A stretch of 34,252 nucleotides of DNA, taken from assembly GCA_002269645.1 (NCBI GenBank), contig NIVC01004817.1, positions 1-34,252 on the forward strand, written 5' to 3'. Below are positions 32,128 to 34,252 of the stretch, piece after piece (position 1 is the first letter of the stretch; every line of letters begins with the position of its first letter). Source of the stretch: Macrostomum lignano. Taxonomy: Eukaryota. The position numbers and the translations under genes are program-made. The notes under the pieces are model-generated. The model saw only the letters and a list, made by a program, of their open reading frames with translations, did no database searches and was not told the DNA's origin.

Positions 32128-33034
32128 AAGCATTGAAATTTCAGTAATTCTCTCTAAGAGTCATTATAGCACTACTACAGCATTATAGCGATTCCCTGCA
32201 AGCCTCGACATCGTAGGGATTCCAAATGAATCTCTTAACTTCGACATGAAGCTTCTTTTTATTTTTTACATTACGCTTTTTTATCAGCGATCCCTCCCCA
32301 GGAGGCATCAAATAATGTAATAAAAAGTTTTCAATAAACTACATGTAGCTTCTGACTTTAGCCTTGAAATCTCATTTATACCCCGTGAGCCTTGACATCT
32401 CAGCTATTCCCCCGTAAGCTTAACATGTCAGCGATGGCCCCCATAAACCTTGAAATCTAAAAATACCCTGTTATTCTAACCTTGAAACCGATAAAATATA
32501 ACCCTCAACCCACACCTGACCTAAACCTAACTTTAACCCAACCTAAAGCCTTGAAATCTCAGCAATTCTTCTCCCCTAAGCCTTGACATTTTAGTGATTC
32601 CTTCTTTAAGAATCACAGCACTATAACGATTTCCACCAAGCTTTGACATCGTAGCAATTCCCAAATGAATCTTTTAACTTCGACATGACTTTTCTTTATG
32701 TATACGTAGTGCTACTTTTATTTTTTACATGACTCTTCTTCTATCAGCGCCCCCCCGTGGCGAGCCAACAAAGAATGCAATAAAAAATTGAGTAAAGTAC
32801 ATGAACTTTGAAGTAGCTTCTGACTTTTGCTTTGACATCTCAGAAACCCCCCCGTAATCTCAGTTATTCTCTGAGAGCCTTGACGTCTCAGTTTTTCTCC
32901 CCAGCACAGCATTATAGCTGCATTTAATTTTTACATGACACCTCTTCATGTCTGACATGACGCTTCTTTTATTCTACCATGATGCTTCTTAATTTTTTAA
33001 ATGACACTTTCATTAGTTTTTAAATGAGGCTCTA

Positions 33035-34252
33035 TGATTTTTTCATGACGCTTCTATGATTTTTACATGACACTTCTATGATTTTTATATGACGCTTCTA
33101 TGATTGTTTATATGACGCTTCTATGATTTTTACATGACGCTTCTATGATTTTTTACATGACGCTTCATGATTGTTTACATGACGCTTCTATAATTGTTTT
33201 ACATGACGCTTCTATGATTGTTTACATGACGCTTCTATGATTTTTACATGACGCTTCTATGATTTTCATGACGCTTCTACGATTTTGCAGGACGCTTCGA
33301 TGATTTTTACATGACGCTTCTATGATTTTTACATGACGCTTCTATGATTGTTTACATGACGCTTCTATGATTGTTTACATGACGCTTCTATGATTTTTAC
33401 ATGACGCTTCTATGCTTTTTACATGACGCTTCTATGATTGTTTACATGACGCTTCTATGATTGTTTACATGACGCTTCTATGATTGTTTACATGACGCTT
33501 CTATGATTGTTTACATGACGCTTCTATGATTGTTTACATGACGCTTCTATGATTGTTTACATGACGCTTCTATGATTTTTACATGACGCTTCTATGCTTT
33601 TTACATGACGCTTCTATGATTTTTTACATGACGCTTCTATGATTGTTTCATGACGCTTCTATGATTGTTTACATGACGCTTCTATGATTTTTACATGACG
33701 CTTCTATGATTGTTTACATGACGCTTCTATGATTGTTTACATGACGCTTCTATGATTTTACATGACGCTTCTATGATTTTTTACATGACGCTTCTATGAT
33801 TTTTTACATGACGCTTCTATGATTGTTTCATGACGCTTCTATGATTGTTTTACATGCGCTTCTATGATTGTTTACATGACGCTTCTATGATTGTTTACAT
33901 GACGCTTCTATGATTGTTTACATGACGCTTCTATGATTGTTTACATGACGCTTCTATGATTGTTTACATGACGCTTCTATGATTTTTTACATGACGCTTC
34001 TATGATTTTTACATGACGCTTCTATGATTTTTACATGACGCTTCTATGATTGTTTACATGACGCTTCTATGATTGTTTACATGACGCTTCTATGATTGTT
34101 TACATGACGCTTCTATGATTGTTTACATGACGCTTCTATGATTGTTTACATGACGCTTCTATGATTGTTTACATGACGCTTCTATGATTGTTTACATGAC
34201 GCTTCTATGATTTTTACATGACGCTTCTATGATTTTTTACATGACGCTTCTA
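33035..34252. repeat. 22-23-bp ACATGACGCTTCTATGATT minisatellite inside unit 4, runs off the window
   Basis: Directly visible. Confidence 0.95.

Larger units (their letters stand above)
31849..34252 (-). mobile_element. Non-autonomous Helitron-like unit 4 (type B; cut by window end)
   Basis: Near-identical to unit 3 over ~31849-33200; the junction has CTA instead of CTAG. Confidence 0.7.

Overview
Eukaryotic (invertebrate metazoan-type) genomic DNA with spliceosomal introns; no prokaryotic operons or CRISPR. The left half holds a tandem pair of M1-family zinc aminopeptidase genes. Copy 1 (<1-3881) is frameshift-ridden. Copy 2 (8513-12844) has 5 exons, a GC-AG intron and one frameshift. Between them lie DNA-transposon fragments, a truncated Crypton/DUF3504-type tyrosine-recombinase ORF embedded in inverted repeats, and a 30-bp minisatellite. 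The middle holds an EF-hand rhomboid protease gene (about 13707-19667); two of its introns are mostly minisatellite. The right 13 kb (about 20940 to the window end) is a head-to-tail array of four non-coding Helitron-like units on the minus strand, joined at CTAG|TC junctions with GC hairpins. These units carry internal minisatellites, (TTAGGG)n tracts, a tRNA-like A/B-box motif and vestigial internal 3' ends. Most long ORFs in the supplied track are artefacts of tandem repeats. All calls come from reading the sequence by eye; no searches were run.
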